Shown: positions 13,001 through 26,200, counted from the first letter of the whole stretch. The stretch is DNA of 63,828 bases, filler included, from Octopus bimaculoides (GCF_001194135.2; 5 parts of 4 records of this genome joined end to end with filler, not necessarily neighbours in it); one strand, 5' to 3'. The notes: generated from the letters alone by a model not told the origin. Made by a program: numbers and translations.

Positions 13001-14989
13001 CTAGTTTCACAGGCCCTAAAAAGGCTTATGGGTACAGCTGCCCCTTCTGACCAATTAGTTAAAAAAAAGTTCAGGATTACTGTATTATTATGACTGTTTC
13101 TTATTGTTATTGTTGTTACTTCTTTTTTTCTCAGGTCATTCCAGCTGTGAACATTCTTTGTTTTCTTTTTTGCTTTTCAGATATGGTGTCTCTAGGATCA
13201 CATTATCCAGTGTCATTTTTCAAAAGATGATCAAATGTGATTTGAGGAGTACTTGGCTGCTATTTCTAACTGGTTGAACAACCATTTAGAGGCTAATTTC
13301 GATAACTGTTTGTCAGTTTGAGAGCACTAAAGATGTACTAAGAGTACCTATCATCCTTAATGTTTGTGTCACACTGAATTGTAGCAGATAAACCTTTTGG
13401 TACAAGCTTAAATAGAGGCAATAAATTTATTCCATTTTACAATTCACTTGATATTTCTGAGGTCAGGAGTTTCTACACTTCATATTTTTCTTGTAACACA
13501 CTAATATAGATTTTGATTCCTGGGGTATTTCAGTTTCAGCATTGCACACCAATAAAGCACCTATCAGTTATACAAGGATACAGTATCACTTTTACCCATT
13601 TCTCACTGCTGTCAACAAAGGCTATAAGAGAAATCCAAATTGAGCTGATATGGGGGTGATAATGAAGATAGATGCAATTAGGCATGGAGTATAAAAAATA
13701 CTGAAAAGATTACAGAATAAGAAAACATGTAATTTTATTACTTGACAGCTATTTCAGGAAGCCTAAAGTTACATAATTTGCATAAATTGCAAATGATATG
13801 TGCAAAAAGTCATGGGTATGTAACTGGTAACCAGTTACAAGAAGATATGGATCTTTTCTGTTTGACTACCAATTTTTAATTTCTTCAATTCCTGCTAGAA
13901 TTGATTTCATACTCGGTGTAATGATATGGTTCTATATGCTAATCACTACTTTGAAATTAATTTTCGCAATAAATCAATAAATAAACAGTTATTAGCTTTT
14001 AAAGTTTGCAAATTTTGGGTAATTTTAGCCAATCATAAGCCACAGGCACTTTCATGCCTGTTTCCATAGTAACAAGCCAAGCATGAGAGCTCTTTTGTCT
14101 GCAAGAAAATGTGTTGACAAATGCATTATATTCATTGAGGTGGTGGTGGATGTGCTAAAAGTAACAGCTAAATAGGCTTTAAATCATGCACCCCACTAAA
14201 CTTTTTGTTTTGGTTTTTGCATAATCATATGAATTTCCATGTGTAGAATACAAATTTGCCAAAATTTTTCAGAAAATTTCAAAAAATAAATAAGTTGTGA
14301 GGGGTTATAGGGCATGTGTAAAGCATAAATTGATTTGTTTACAGTTGACAACATGTACTGTCATGCACAAAATCCTGATTTGTGACTGAGTGAAAATTAT
14401 CAAACTTTAAACCTCTATAACTTTTTTTTTTTTTTTCCTGCTAAAAAGTGAAATATCTCCTGATATTCAGCTTGAAAATCTATATTAATTGTACCAAATT
14501 TTAAAATTTTTGATAAACTTTGAATTTTCGAAAATTGGCAGCCAGACTGAAAAGATCTGAAGATATTCCAAAAAGTTTGGCTCCCCTCATCAAGAGAACA
14601 TTGGCAAATGTGGTACATATAATAAGAGCTAGCAAAAATAAATGGCTACAGAGAGAGAGTATATGGAACAAGATCAGGTGTTTGGGAAAGAAGAAGGACA
14701 ACTTCTAGAATAAGGAAGAATAAATGAAACAAAGAAGAGAGAAAGGGAGAAATCAGCGTAGCCAAAGAAAATGTCACAGGTGGTAAGGATAAAGTTAAGC
14801 ATATCATAAATCAGTTTGGAATGTCAACAGACCAGACAAAGAAGCAGAAAGAGAAAAGCATTGAAATAAAGGAGTAGGGGTGGTGATAGTACAGGAGGAA
14901 AGTATATTGAGGGAAAGAGGAGGAAAATTGGTACTAACATTACTTGGGTAAAGAGTAAAGAAATTCAACCACAATTAGTAAAAAATATA

Positions 14990-16800
14990 AAAACTTCACA
15001 TAATGCACAAATGTGGAAAAACTTGTATTTACGAGATTACATTAGAGAACCAATTGAGTAATGAGGTATTATAATGGCAAGCAATAGCAAGTGGTTCTCT
15101 GAAATATGAATTACATATGCAATGATTAACATTGTTTGAGATACCCTCATGAACCATGGACCAGATCAAGGTATAGGGAATATCCTGGGACTTGAGTTGG
15201 TGCATATATGTAGCTAAGGAAGTTGAGGTTTTAGAGCAAGGGTACTCAACTATTTTTTTATCTATGGACTCCCTCTAATTACAGTTTTATTCTGGTGGAC
15301 CCCTATAGCCATTCGATGTTTAAAAACTAGTTTTATAAATACATTTTACAAAATTCCTATTCTGTTTTCCATACTTTCACTTGTGTAGGTTGGACTATGT
15401 AAAATGTTAGAGAAACCTAGCTGTTTTTTGCAATACATACATCTAATGCGAAATTTTTTCAAGGGCCCTGAAAATACTAATGTGGATCCTCAATTAATTT
15501 TGTTGCACCCCTCCCTCCCCACAAAATCTTATATGCACCCTGATTAAGAACCACTGGTTTAGAGGCTCCATTTGGATGAGCCTGATAGCAATGCTTGAAA
15601 TCAACAGTGCCACCAATGTACAAGGCCTGGTGGGAATGTGGGGTTATGACCCAATATTTATATACCACATTGTCACATAAACAAAATCCATCTAATGGAC
15701 ATATTCGGAAACCTAACAATTACAGTTCTCTCCACTACCATTGGGCTTATGCCTAATCTCCACCCTATACTGCTTTATACGATCAGTTATCCTTGAGGTA
15801 GGAGCTAGAAGTGTTATCATTTCCAGTATGGAGCTGGGAGAGGTTTCACCATAGTTACACAAATCAAGGGCAATGATGCTAATATCACTATTGTTAAGGT
15901 GGGTTGGACTCTTGAAACTTGTAGAGTTAGTTCCCGATGGGTCAGGGTGGGGGCCAGATGAATGGTTCATAGGGCCCACAATAAGGTGGCTGATTCCAGG
16001 TTTTGCTTCCATACCTGTAAATCCTAAGTTAGGGGTTGTGAAGTATGAGATTTTAGCAGAAGATTTGTTGAAGATGGAGTAATATTTATGGTTTGGTGAG
16101 CAATTAGAGCTAAGGATTTTGGGAAAATGGCTTGGGTAAAGATTTAACCTGGAGAGAAAAGGGGTGCAAACCATAAGATCTCCCATTTTCTGCCCCTTGA
16201 TGTTTTAGAACTTAGTGTAGTGTTGGCCAGGCTAACCTGGGGAGGCTGGAGATTATTCCATCTCTAGGATAGCTGGAGTACTGGACTAATATTGACCATG
16301 GAGGAATACCATTGGTGGGGGTAGCTGGATGTGGATGGGTAGAGACAAGCCTGGGGAGCTTAGATTCTGTACCAGGAAAGAGAAGTTCAAGTTTAGTTTT
16401 CTGTCTAGTATTGAGAATCCTCTTGAGGAAACCACTATTCCAGAGGGGTGTGATTATTAAAGATATCCTCATTGGCTGATAGTTTATAGGTCCTAATAGA
16501 AATACCTATAACTATACAGATAAAAGGAAACATTAGATTGGAAACAGATATAGTCTAATGACTCATCTGGCTTAAAGTAAGGCTAATAAGAGAATAGCAT
16601 CTAAGCCAAGAGTCACATCTAAATAGTCAGTTACTTCAGTACCGTTTTCGAATGAGATAGACAGATTATAATTATTAAAAAATCTTGTGGAGAGCTTTCT
16701 GAATATCTTCAAGACACAACTGAGAAGTACCAATGGCTGTCTAGTACAAAACTTGCATAAAATTAAAATAGGTTTTAATTTAAATGTGAACACTTTAAAA
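14990..16800 (-). mobile_element. Penelope-like element, decayed: RT C-terminus plus GIY-YIG endonuclease
   Basis: LSISFENGTEVTDYLDVTL (RT thumb region), then ENCNC/GFRICPLDGFCLCDNVVYK...LYIGGTVDFKHCYQAH (GIY-YIG with PLE Cys motif) and STSLATYMHQLKSQDIPYTLIWS; frameshifts and stops throughout. Confidence 0.85.
15237..15556. mobile_element. hAT-type MITE inserted in the PLE endonuclease region
   Basis: Ends CAAGGGTACTCAAC / ATTAAGAACCACTG; 8-bp TSD TTTTAGAG (15229-15236) and GTTTAGAG (15557-15564); PLE reading continues on the far side. Confidence 0.75.
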
Positions 16801-17302
16801 TGGAATTTTACAGCAGAAAACTAGGATTGGTCTTGAGGAAGTTGTTAAATTACAAAGCTGTTGATGTTCCTCAAGCTGACAGCTGCAAGGTGAAAATTCC
16901 AGGATGTTGACATTCTGGGAGAAAAGATAGTGCAGGACTTGTCAAAGTTAGCACAATATGGATGATGAGAGGAGTAATGAGTGAGTCTGACCTAAGTGGA
17001 TGTGGCACAACTTCAGTCAGCTTTGAAGAACATAGACTACAGTAGTAGTGGTAGAAATTATACAGCAAGCAGACAGAATATCTGTCAGCCAAATGTTGAA
17101 GGATGTCAGTTTGCCAGTCAGTTCAATGGTCTGATACAATATTGAGTACAGTTTTAAGATATGAGGTAAATTTAATGTTAAGTTTTGTTTAAGATATACT
17201 TCATGTAGATCTCTTCAGCATACATTTGATATTAATATATATCTTAAATTTATTGTTTGGGAAGATATTGGGGTTTTTTGGGGGGTTTTCTTTTCATAGA
17301 AA

Positions 17303-17520
17303 TACAGGGTGTTTGGGCTAATTTGACAGTTTATATAAAAGAAAAGGAAAATACAGTATCCCATCCAAAAATAAAAGCATTTTAAAAAATCGAAAAATAT
17401 TAACTAGATTGTGGCTGAAAGATAACAGTTTACTCAGAGTAGCCACCCTCGGCTTCCATCATGGCCTGAAGACAACTCTGGAATCTGGTGCATGCGTTCT
17501 TCATGATGATGCAAGCTGAT
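17303..17520 (-). mobile_element. Tc1/mariner-superfamily transposase 3' end with terminal repeat
   Basis: KNACTRFQSCLQAMMEAEGGYSE* resembles the transposase C-terminus; TA-CAGGGTG terminus at 17303. Confidence 0.7.
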
Positions 17521-17574
17521 TTTCTATCTACTGAGACACTTTGTTCCACATATTTATACATACATAAATGTAAT

Positions 17575-17830
17575 AATAATCATGCCAATATTGTCTCTTT
17601 CAACAACATAAAAATTGGGTCACCCCATAAATAATGCGTTTTTTTTATACTTCTTTTATTTTTCCAAATTAAGATAAACAAACTTCTTTTTTAATCTAAA
17701 ATATATTCTCCTTCATTTTCTACAATGTTCTTCCATCTATCTGGTAAACTTGCAAGGCCCCCTCCCTCTTCCAAAATTCACTTGTCCACGATGAAAAATA
17801 CTCCTCTAGTAATGTTCTGACCTCATCTAC
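17575..17830 (-). mobile_element. mariner transposase C-terminal fragment
   Basis: VDEVRTLLEEYFSSWTSEFWKRG/LASLPDRWKNIVENEGEYILD* matches the mariner C-terminus (FF......F..GI..LP.RW...V..NG.Y). Confidence 0.8.
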
Positions 17831-17886
17831 AGATTATTTACATTATTTACATTTGACAGATATTTGTCCTCATCTTGTTTGTTGTT

Positions 17887-17932
17887 AACACAACATTTCG
17901 GCTGATGTACTCTCCAGCCTTCATCAGGTGTC
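17887..17932 (-). ncRNA. Minimal type-I hammerhead ribozyme motif (PLE-associated)
   Basis: GACAC-CUGAUGA-A-GGCUG(10-nt loop)CAGCC-GAAA-UG-UU-GUGUU: stem I 5 bp, stem II 5 bp; the helix-III palindrome ACGU appears mutated to AUGU. Confidence 0.65.
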
Positions 17933-18020
17933 CTGGAGGAATTTCGATCCTGGGTTCTCATTCCTAAGGTATTTTTCCAATGTTATTATTATTATTATTA
18001 TTATTACTATTATTATTATT

Positions 18021-18096
18021 CAGGTCACTGCCTGGAATCGAACTTGGGAATCTTGGGGTTAGTAGCCTGCACTCTTAACCACTATGCCATATGCCC
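18021..18096 (-). promoter_or_regulatory. tRNA-like SINE head with Pol III A and B boxes
   Basis: A box TGGCATAGTGG (18089-18079) and B box GTTCGATTCC (18043-18034); acceptor and T stems do not pair well, so not a functional tRNA. Confidence 0.7.
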
Positions 18097-18149
18097 GTGG
18101 GCAATTATGGAGTGAACTTTAGGGCTTATAAATTTAATATTTATGTTTT

Positions 18150-18390
18150 AGGCACTGAGCAATCTCTCCCTTTACGCTGTAGGGATGGTGGGAATTGAAG
18201 TTGCAGTATCATCCAGTGAAGGTTGGCTTGCAGTATATGGTTGTCCTGGATCCATACTTAGTGCGTGTTATTAATACGTCCAGGAATGCTAGGTGATTAT
18301 CTTTTACATTTTCCATTGTGAACTGTATGGATGGCTTTATTGAGTTCACATGATCTAACAGTACTTGGACATCTTCCTGGTGGAGCCAAC
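18150..18390 (-). mobile_element. Penelope-like RT fragment (different family from the 15-16 kb element)
   Basis: LLDHVNSIKPSIQFTMENVKDNHLAFLDVLITRTKYGSRTTIYCKPTFTG*YCNFNSHHP matches the PLE RT thumb motif (LNS.HP.I.FT.E.E....L.FLDV.I........VYRKPT.TG.Y..F.S.HP). Confidence 0.85.
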
Positions 18391-19970
18391 CCAATATATA
18401 CACATACATATATAAACATGTATGTAAATACATAGTGAAAGTAATTGATATTGAAACCATATAATAGTGAAAGTATCATATCGCATTACAATGGAGATGT
18501 TATTGTTTCACTTTTGACACGTCATACCGAAACAGTGTAAGAGATAAGAGATTGCTCTGGGCTCACATTAAGCAAGAAGTTGAAAATTTTTTCGGCTCAT
18601 GACACTCCATGGACCCTAAGTAAGACATGTGTAAAGTTTGAATGTAATCAGTTGGGTAGCTCTTGAGTTTTAGTGATGCACACATACAGAGACACACACA
18701 TTCTCAGTTTTATATATATATAAATATATACACACACACACACACACATTCTTCTCTTAACAATGTGATAATAGAATTAGATAAAATTGGGTGAAGGATT
18801 TTCAAACAATACTAGTGCCATGTTGTAGAGAACTGTGAGTCTATTCTTCTCAGCTGCATTGAATTTTTCTTGAATTATTATTCAAAAACAAATCAAGTCA
18901 ATGAAGGAAACACATGCCCGGGCTTCACATGATAAACCATTGCATGTCAGAACAGGCAGTGTAGTTCTCAGCTTGATAGAAGCATGGCATTCTTACTTAA
19001 TGTGTGAAATTCACCCAACCATTTGAACACCTACCCACTAAGTATAGGTCTGTTTAATCAGGTATATCCAAAGAAGGAAGAGATATACAAAACATTATTG
19101 TGTCAATTGATGTTGTTTAACCCCAGGTTAAATAGACCCATTCAAAGCATTCCACCTGTGACTATCCCAATTTTATAAGGGTATTTAGGACATTATTTGA
19201 TAATCTCCTTTTTCTAGTTGGTAGTGTATTAGTTCAGGGAAATTTAAATACTATTTCTAGCAGTTTGAATGACCACAGAGATTCTTCATTGAGTTTTACA
19301 TTGCTTTGTTTTTTAACATTGAGACATAGTTACAAATCTGGAGAAAAGGAACAGTCTGTTATATCTTGCCTTGCTACAAATTCAGGGAGAAGAAACAGTC
19401 TGCTATATCTTCCCCAGTATATGTATAGTACTTATTTTATTGATTTCAGAAGGATGAAAGATAAACTCAGCCTCAATAGGATTTGAACTCAAAATGTAAA
19501 GGAATGCAACTAAAACCCACAACAATCTGCTGATTCTGCCAACCCAACAGTTTATCATAAGTCACAAAAATTTGTTGTTGTTTAGGCCCAGTTAAGATCT
19601 GAACAAGCAAACCTATTTACAGAGGTATTCCAACTATAACAGACTCATCTTTTTTAAGATTCATCATTCCTTTTTTAAGTTGTACATTATATGAGGAAGA
19701 ATTTATCTGCTATTTCTAGCAAATTGAATGACCACGTAAGATGCTCCAACTTTAGATTGCACATAACTGGTGATAGTTATTAACCTTGTTTTTACCTACT
19801 TGTAAAACTATTAAAATGCTTTACTTTTGTTTTTTTTCCATTTCTTTATCAACTCACATGCACAGTCACTTGCCCTTATTGATAAAACACTGAACTATAA
19901 AGTAAATAAACCATAGTTTATCTTGATGAATAGTTGATGCAATGCATACACACACACACACACACACACA

Positions 19971-21865
19971 CATCATCATCATCATTTACCATCTGTTTCT
20001 TATGCTCGTATAGGTAAGATAGTTTGACTGGAGCTGGTAAACCAGAGAGCTGCATGAGGCTCCAGTTTGTTTTGGCTTGGTTTCTGCAGCTGGATGCTCT
20101 TCCTAACACTAACCACTCCAGAGTGTGCAGGGTGTCTTTTATGTCACTGGCAGGAGTGCCTTTTATGTGTCACTAACACTGGCTGTGACTATGATTTTAT
20201 TTGGCTCGACATGTCCTCTCAAGCACAGCAAATCACCAAAAGTCCCACTCACTTGTTATCACCGCCGTGAGACTCAACATTCAAAGATCATATTTCGCCA
20301 CCTTGTCCTACATCTTCCTGAGATTACCTCTTTCACAGCTTCCCTCCATAGTTAGAGATCAACACTTCTTCATGCAGCTGTCTTCGTCCATACACATCAC
20401 ATAACCATACCAGTGCAGCCTTCTCTCTTACACACTACATCTGATGCCTCTTATACCCAATTTTACACTTACACTGTCGTTTGTGCACACTGATATTGCA
20501 CATCCAGCAGAGCATACTAGCTTCATTTCTTTCAAACCTTTGCATGTCCTCTGCAGTCACAGCCCATGCCTCACTGTCATGTAGCATGGCTGTTCACACA
20601 CAAACATCATGCAATTTGTCTTTCAGTCTCAGGGAGAAGTCTTTTGTTACCAACATAGGCAGAATCTCTCTGAACTTTGTCCAGTCCATTCTTATTCTAG
20701 CAGCTATGCTCTCAGAGCATCCTGCTCCACTGCTGACTTGGCTACCTAGATAATGGAAGTTGTCTACTACTTCTAAGTATCCCCTCACCCACCCGGGATC
20801 TCACATCAATGAACATAGTCAAACATCTTTTCTGCTTCTCCCTTGGCTATATATATCTACCTGTTTCCTAGCTTCCCTTCTGGCTATCTGATACAGTGCC
20901 TTGCTACCACAACTCTTCCAGGCCTGTTTCTTTGCTCTAACGGCCCTGTCTACAGTGTTGTTCCACCACCACGTTACCCTAGGTCTTGAAGGAACTTTGC
21001 ACAGCCACAGATTTGGTCTGTGTCACTCAGCAAGCTGTCCTATAGGAATTCCCAGTTTCCCTCTATGTCACAAGTCTGTAGCTCCTCTTCCCTATCATCA
21101 AATTTCTCAATTAGGATGTCCCTAAATCTCTGACCATATGAAGGGTCTTTAAGCTTCTAAATCTTTCTTTCCTAGATTGGTTTGCTTCTTGGCATCCTTC
21201 TGGTCTGGAGTCTACAGTCACTAATGACTAGTCTATGCTGGGGTGGAGGTACATTCTTCACCAGGGAGTTTCTTTGTATTTAAGAGCAACCATGCATCCG
21301 ACTTTCTGGTGAGAATGTAATTGATCTAGCTAGCTGGCTTCCTGAAGTTGGTGCTGCAGATCAATAGGTTATTTGCATCACAGAACTCCAGTAGCTTTGC
21401 TCCTTCTTCGTTTTGGGAACCAATTTTATGGCCCCCATGTACACCATAGAAGCAGCCAGGCTGCCGTCTAACATGCCCATTGAAATCCTCAGCCTCGAAG
21501 ATGAGATCATTGTCACTCGTCTTCAAGATAGCCTGCAGAAGAATATCATAAAAATGGTCCTTCTGTTCATTTGTTAGGCTCATTTGTGGGGTGTAGGTAG
21601 AGATAATTGTAGCTATACTATTCTGCAAGACTAGCCTGAGCTTAAGCATTCTATCACACATCACCTACTCCATCATTGTTACCTTCCCAAAAGATTCTAT
21701 ACCTATGTGTCTTGCCTGTGAGGAACGTGGCTGAAGCTCCTCTCCACCTTACCTCTTAGATGCAGCATACATCAACATACCTCGGTTCAAGTATCTCAAC
21801 AATCTCACTAGACCTACATTTCAATGTGCCTACATTGACAGTGCCAACTTTGAAAACTGGGAAAG
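19971..21865 (-). mobile_element. RTE LINE, internally deleted and decayed (APE endonuclease, C-terminal region, 3' tail)
   Basis: APE: VGTVNVGTL...CDRMLKLRLVLQNSIATIISTYTPQ...DFNGHV...G.QNEEGAKLLEFCDANNL; C-term: LEVVDNFHYLGSQVSSGAGCSESIAARIRM.W.KFRE.LP.L; tail ends in (GAT)n at 19971. Confidence 0.9.
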
Positions 21866-22130
21866 AGATGTGGGAGGGGACATGGGAAGGAGAGATGTTA
21901 TTCAGCACCTGAAAAGAAGTTTTCTGTGATCATTTGATAACAAACATGTCACATCAGTTGTTCTTCCTGGTAACCTATCATCATTCAAATGTTAAAAGTG
22001 TTGTCTCTACTGGGGGTAAGCATTGTAGATATAAGTGTTATGAGCATTGTAAATATAAGCATTGCAGCTGCAAATGTAAATATGCCAATGTTAAATTAAG
22101 TCAGTAAATGGGTAGCTATTTGGTTAGTGC

Positions 22131-22161
<31 letters not shown>

Positions 22162-22171
22162 NNNNNNNNNN

Positions 22172-22203
<32 letters not shown>

Positions 22204-23096
22204 AAGAAAGAGAGGGGGAAGGGAAGAGAGGGAGGGAGAGAGAAGGAAGGTGGTTTGGTGAGAAGGGAGGGACAGAGGTATGCAGGTCTTTTGGTGCAGA
22301 AGTGAGGCAGAGCTCTGTAGGAGTTTTCAGTATAAGAGAAGAGATTACCAGTCCGATAGAAGGGATTTTGAGTATTGGTGGTAGGGGTAGGAAAGGGTGA
22401 GTGCATTGCAAACAAGCAATGGTTAGCTTCACCATCACAAACAAACAATGGCTAGCTTCACCACAAGAAAACCAAAATAGCAGCAAAGAAACAATAATGA
22501 AGCAGACAGAGACTTTATTGCTGGAGGTGGGGGGAAATCATGATAAAGAATAATAGTTGAGAACGCATGAGAATTATGGCATGTATTTAAAGAGATACTA
22601 TTCAAAAGTTATTACAGAAAGTAATGAATTACAGGTTATGCAAGTTATTTTACCTCAAGAACGTTAGCATGTGAGTAATACATTAAATGAACGAAAAATA
22701 ATGAGCGATTAAAAACTAGAGAAATTTCTTAGCTTAGCAGCTGGTCATTTGGTGTGATATATTTGTGTCAAATTGCAGGGTAATTGGTGTAAAGGTTTGG
22801 GAAAAACCATGTGCAGAGGGTTCTTTATATAATCTACAACCTGAAGTGGTCAAATAAGTGGCTAGCTTTGCCACAAGGAAATCGAAATAGCAGCAAGAAG
22901 ACAATAGTGAGGCAGAAAATGACTTTATCGCTGGGGAGAAAATCATGACAAAGAATGATAGTTGGAAACATGAGAATTATGGCAAGTATTTAAAGAGATA
23001 TGATTCAAAGGTTATTAGAGAAAGTAATAAAATCATGATAAAGAATGATAGTTGGGAATGTATGAGAATAATAACAAGTATATATATATATACGTA

Positions 23097-23860
23097 CAGG
23101 ATGCAATGGGTAAATTGTTGCCATTTTATATTTTTAATTTCGCACATGCACATTGTTTTTGATTATGTCAACTACACAGTATAGTAGGGTCAGTTGGGCA
23201 CCGTCTGTGAGAAAAACAGCACCATGACGTAATTCACTCCACTAGAAATTTGGAAACGACATGCTGTACTGCTTGCCATTTGTGCCGGAAGCTCCAATAT
23301 GAACATTCACCGAGAGTGATAAAAATCAAACATGTAGTCAACATTATGGTGTTTGGAGTGATCACTAGTGATGGCAATGTTATGCTTTCATTCATCTTCC
23401 CACACGGATTCAGACTCAACACAGAGGCATACATCAAGTGCTTGGAGGTAATAGTGCTGCACTGGGTGAAGAGAGTGGCTGCTGGAAGACCCTATGCCTT
23501 GCAACAGGACTCTGTACCTTGCCACACGTGCAGGAGAACACAGTCATGGCTGTCAGACAACTTCTGCAATCACATCACCCCTAACTGCAACCCCCTTGAT
23601 TATTATGTGTGGGGCATAGTTGAGAGAGAGACCATCAAAATTCCTTGTAACACGAAAGACAAACTGAAGGCAATCATTATGGCAGCATTCACTATCTTAA
23701 ACAAGGAGACCATCTAGAAGAGTTGCAGGAAATTCTGAAGTTGTCTGGAGACCGTGGTTGAAGCCAATGGTGATTTTATTGAATAAATTTACTCTTTAGT
23801 ATTTCAAGATATTTTTATGTAATTTTGGTAAATATGCCTGTTAAAATAAGATGTCATTTT
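23097..23860 (+). mobile_element. Tc1/mariner (maT/DD37D-like) deletion derivative with C-terminal DDD domain
   Basis: TA-CAGGATGCAATGGGTAAATTG terminus; IMVFGVITSDG...LNTEAYIKCLE...QQDSVPCHT...NPLDYYVWGIVERET...LETVVEANGDFIE*; internal deletion and stops. Confidence 0.9.
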
Positions 23861-25063
23861 TGCATAATTTCTTTCATGTAAATAAATCTTATTTAGCTGT
23901 TATTTTTAGCATGTAATTTTTTTTCATGTAAATAAATGTTTATGTTAATTTAAAAGAGAAAAATATGAATGTGTCTATGGTTTACAATTGACTAAAATCA
24001 CCAAAATTTTCAAACTTTAATTACTAATAACTCTGTATTTATTGATTTATAGTGAAAATTACTTTCACTTCATTAATTAGCCTATAAAAGTGTATCATTA
24101 CACTGAATATGAAATTAATTCAAACAGAAAATTGATGCTGGTAACCAAACAGAAAAGATCCAAAAAAATAATCACAAAAATGTGAGAGTACTAAAAAATT
24201 TCTGTTATAATAAATAGATCTATAATTTACTAATAATAATATAACTAGCTGGACCCATGAAAAATTCATGGAAAACATTAAAAAACAACAGCTTCCAAAT
24301 CCTATTTTCTGACTGGGTGAAAATGATCAAATTTTAAACCTCTATAACTTTTTAAAAACATTTTTCTGGAAAAAATGTAATAACTCCAGTAATTCAGTTT
24401 GGGCAAGTGTATTATTGTGCCAACATCAAAGTAACCAGTAAACATTGAAGGATCAACACCAGGAAGGAAGAAATATTATTTACATATATTTATTCATTTG
24501 CCTGACAGCTAGTTGGAGACAGTAGAACTTGTAGTGATAGTGAGATTCTTTTTTGATAGTGACAAAAAGTTTGCTGTCTGCCAGTAGAAAGGGAAAGAGT
24601 AAGGAATGCACAGTGCTGACTAGAAAAGAAGAAAGGATAAAGGTGGCTCTGCTCTGATTCCCTGTATGCAAATGAGTTCATTACTGGGGTCCATAACTCT
24701 CATGCGAAAAATATTTTGCGGCCCAAACCATGTTTACCAGCATCAACATCAGGCTTCAAAAAGTAATTAACCATTTAATGGTTTTAGTAAATTTATACAG
24801 AAAAAGTAAGCATTATACCGTCCAGCATATATTAAAGTCAACTTCATATTTGAGCCATTATTTTTTCTGTAAAAACCTTTTCTGACATTAAATGAGTCAA
24901 CTTCTGGTACAAATATTTACGTTTTGTACGTCTTTTTGCAACAAAAAAAAATTTCAAAAAGAAACTCTGTAAACAATCTACTCATGTAATTTATGTACCC
25001 ACTAAAGTTAATTTTTATTTTTGTGAAAAAAGTGCGTAAATTACACGGGTCTTTACAGTATAT

Positions 25064-25105
<42 letters not shown>

Positions 25106-25589
25106 TAACTGTCTGATGTTTACTGAGATAAAATTAAATTGTCATGAGACACTCGAGAGCTACAAAACATTCTTTTATGGGGTTATTTACAAAGTTGTAA
25201 GACATGCCATTAGCTATGTATGATAGCAAACATATCATTTACCAGTAAACAATGGATTAAATTTTCCAAGAGGTTAAAATATATATAAACAAGATCTGAT
25301 AAGAAAAAATAAAAAGACCAAAAATTCACAAAAAACTTCTTTTTTATAAGGTTGTCCAAAATCAAATGAATGCAAGCATTGCTCTGTAGCTGAGAAGTGT
25401 ACTTTGCAACCATGTGGTTTAAGGATAATTCACCTCCATCAAAAGAAGATATCCTTCCTCAGAATCCAGCTCTTTGAAAAACCTATGTTGACTACTACTT
25501 CAACTTCATACTACTATTACTACTACTGCTACTACTACTACTACTACTACTACTACTAACAACAACAACAACAACAATAATAGTTTCAA

Positions 25590-25787
25590 ATTTTGGCAAA
25601 GGGCCAGCAATTTCAAGGGAGGGGATAAGTCGATTACATCATCCCTAGTGCTCAGCTGGTACTTATTTTATCGACCCCAAAAGGATGAAAGGCAACGTCA
25701 ACCTCAGTGAGAATGTAATGACAGACGAAATGCCACTAAGCATTTTGCCTGATGTGCTAACTACCCTACCAGCTCACTACTTTGATA

Positions 25788-25790
<3 letters not shown>
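25590..25790 (-). mobile_element. tRNA-derived SINE copy between (ACT)n/(AAC)n and (GAT)n/(AAT)n microsatellites
   Basis: Reverse complement of the 29170/37718 SINE family. Confidence 0.75.
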
Positions 25791-25828
<38 letters not shown>

Positions 25829-25836
25829 AGTAATAA

Positions 25837-25867
<31 letters not shown>

Positions 25868-26154
25868 AATAACAACAAGAGCACTCACAGGGCGCAAACC
25901 TCCACCAGTGCAACACCAATGTCCTCCCAACGATTAACTGGAGATGATTTTTAAAATGGGAATATCTGAAATAATATCCTTCAATGAATATCATGAGACC
26001 TTTTGGTTTTCTCTTCTTTTAAATTCTGGTCTTCCTTTAGTAATCCTGTTGTTTTAGATCAATGTATAGAATTATGTATATATGTAAGTATACTGTAAAG
26101 TGTTAAAATGTATGTATAATCTCTTAATATAATAATGGGTGTTGCCTTTTTATA

Positions 26155-26200
<46 letters not shown>

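Noticed and set aside
18021-18096. tRNA genes at this and other SINE heads
   Set aside because: A and B boxes are present but cloverleaf stems are broken and each continues into a repeat body
18890-18990. LPVLTCNGLSC as a further NO VEIN-like exon (cf. IPVLT.KG)
   Set aside because: No usable acceptor or donor, flanked by in-frame stops, and only a short resemblance
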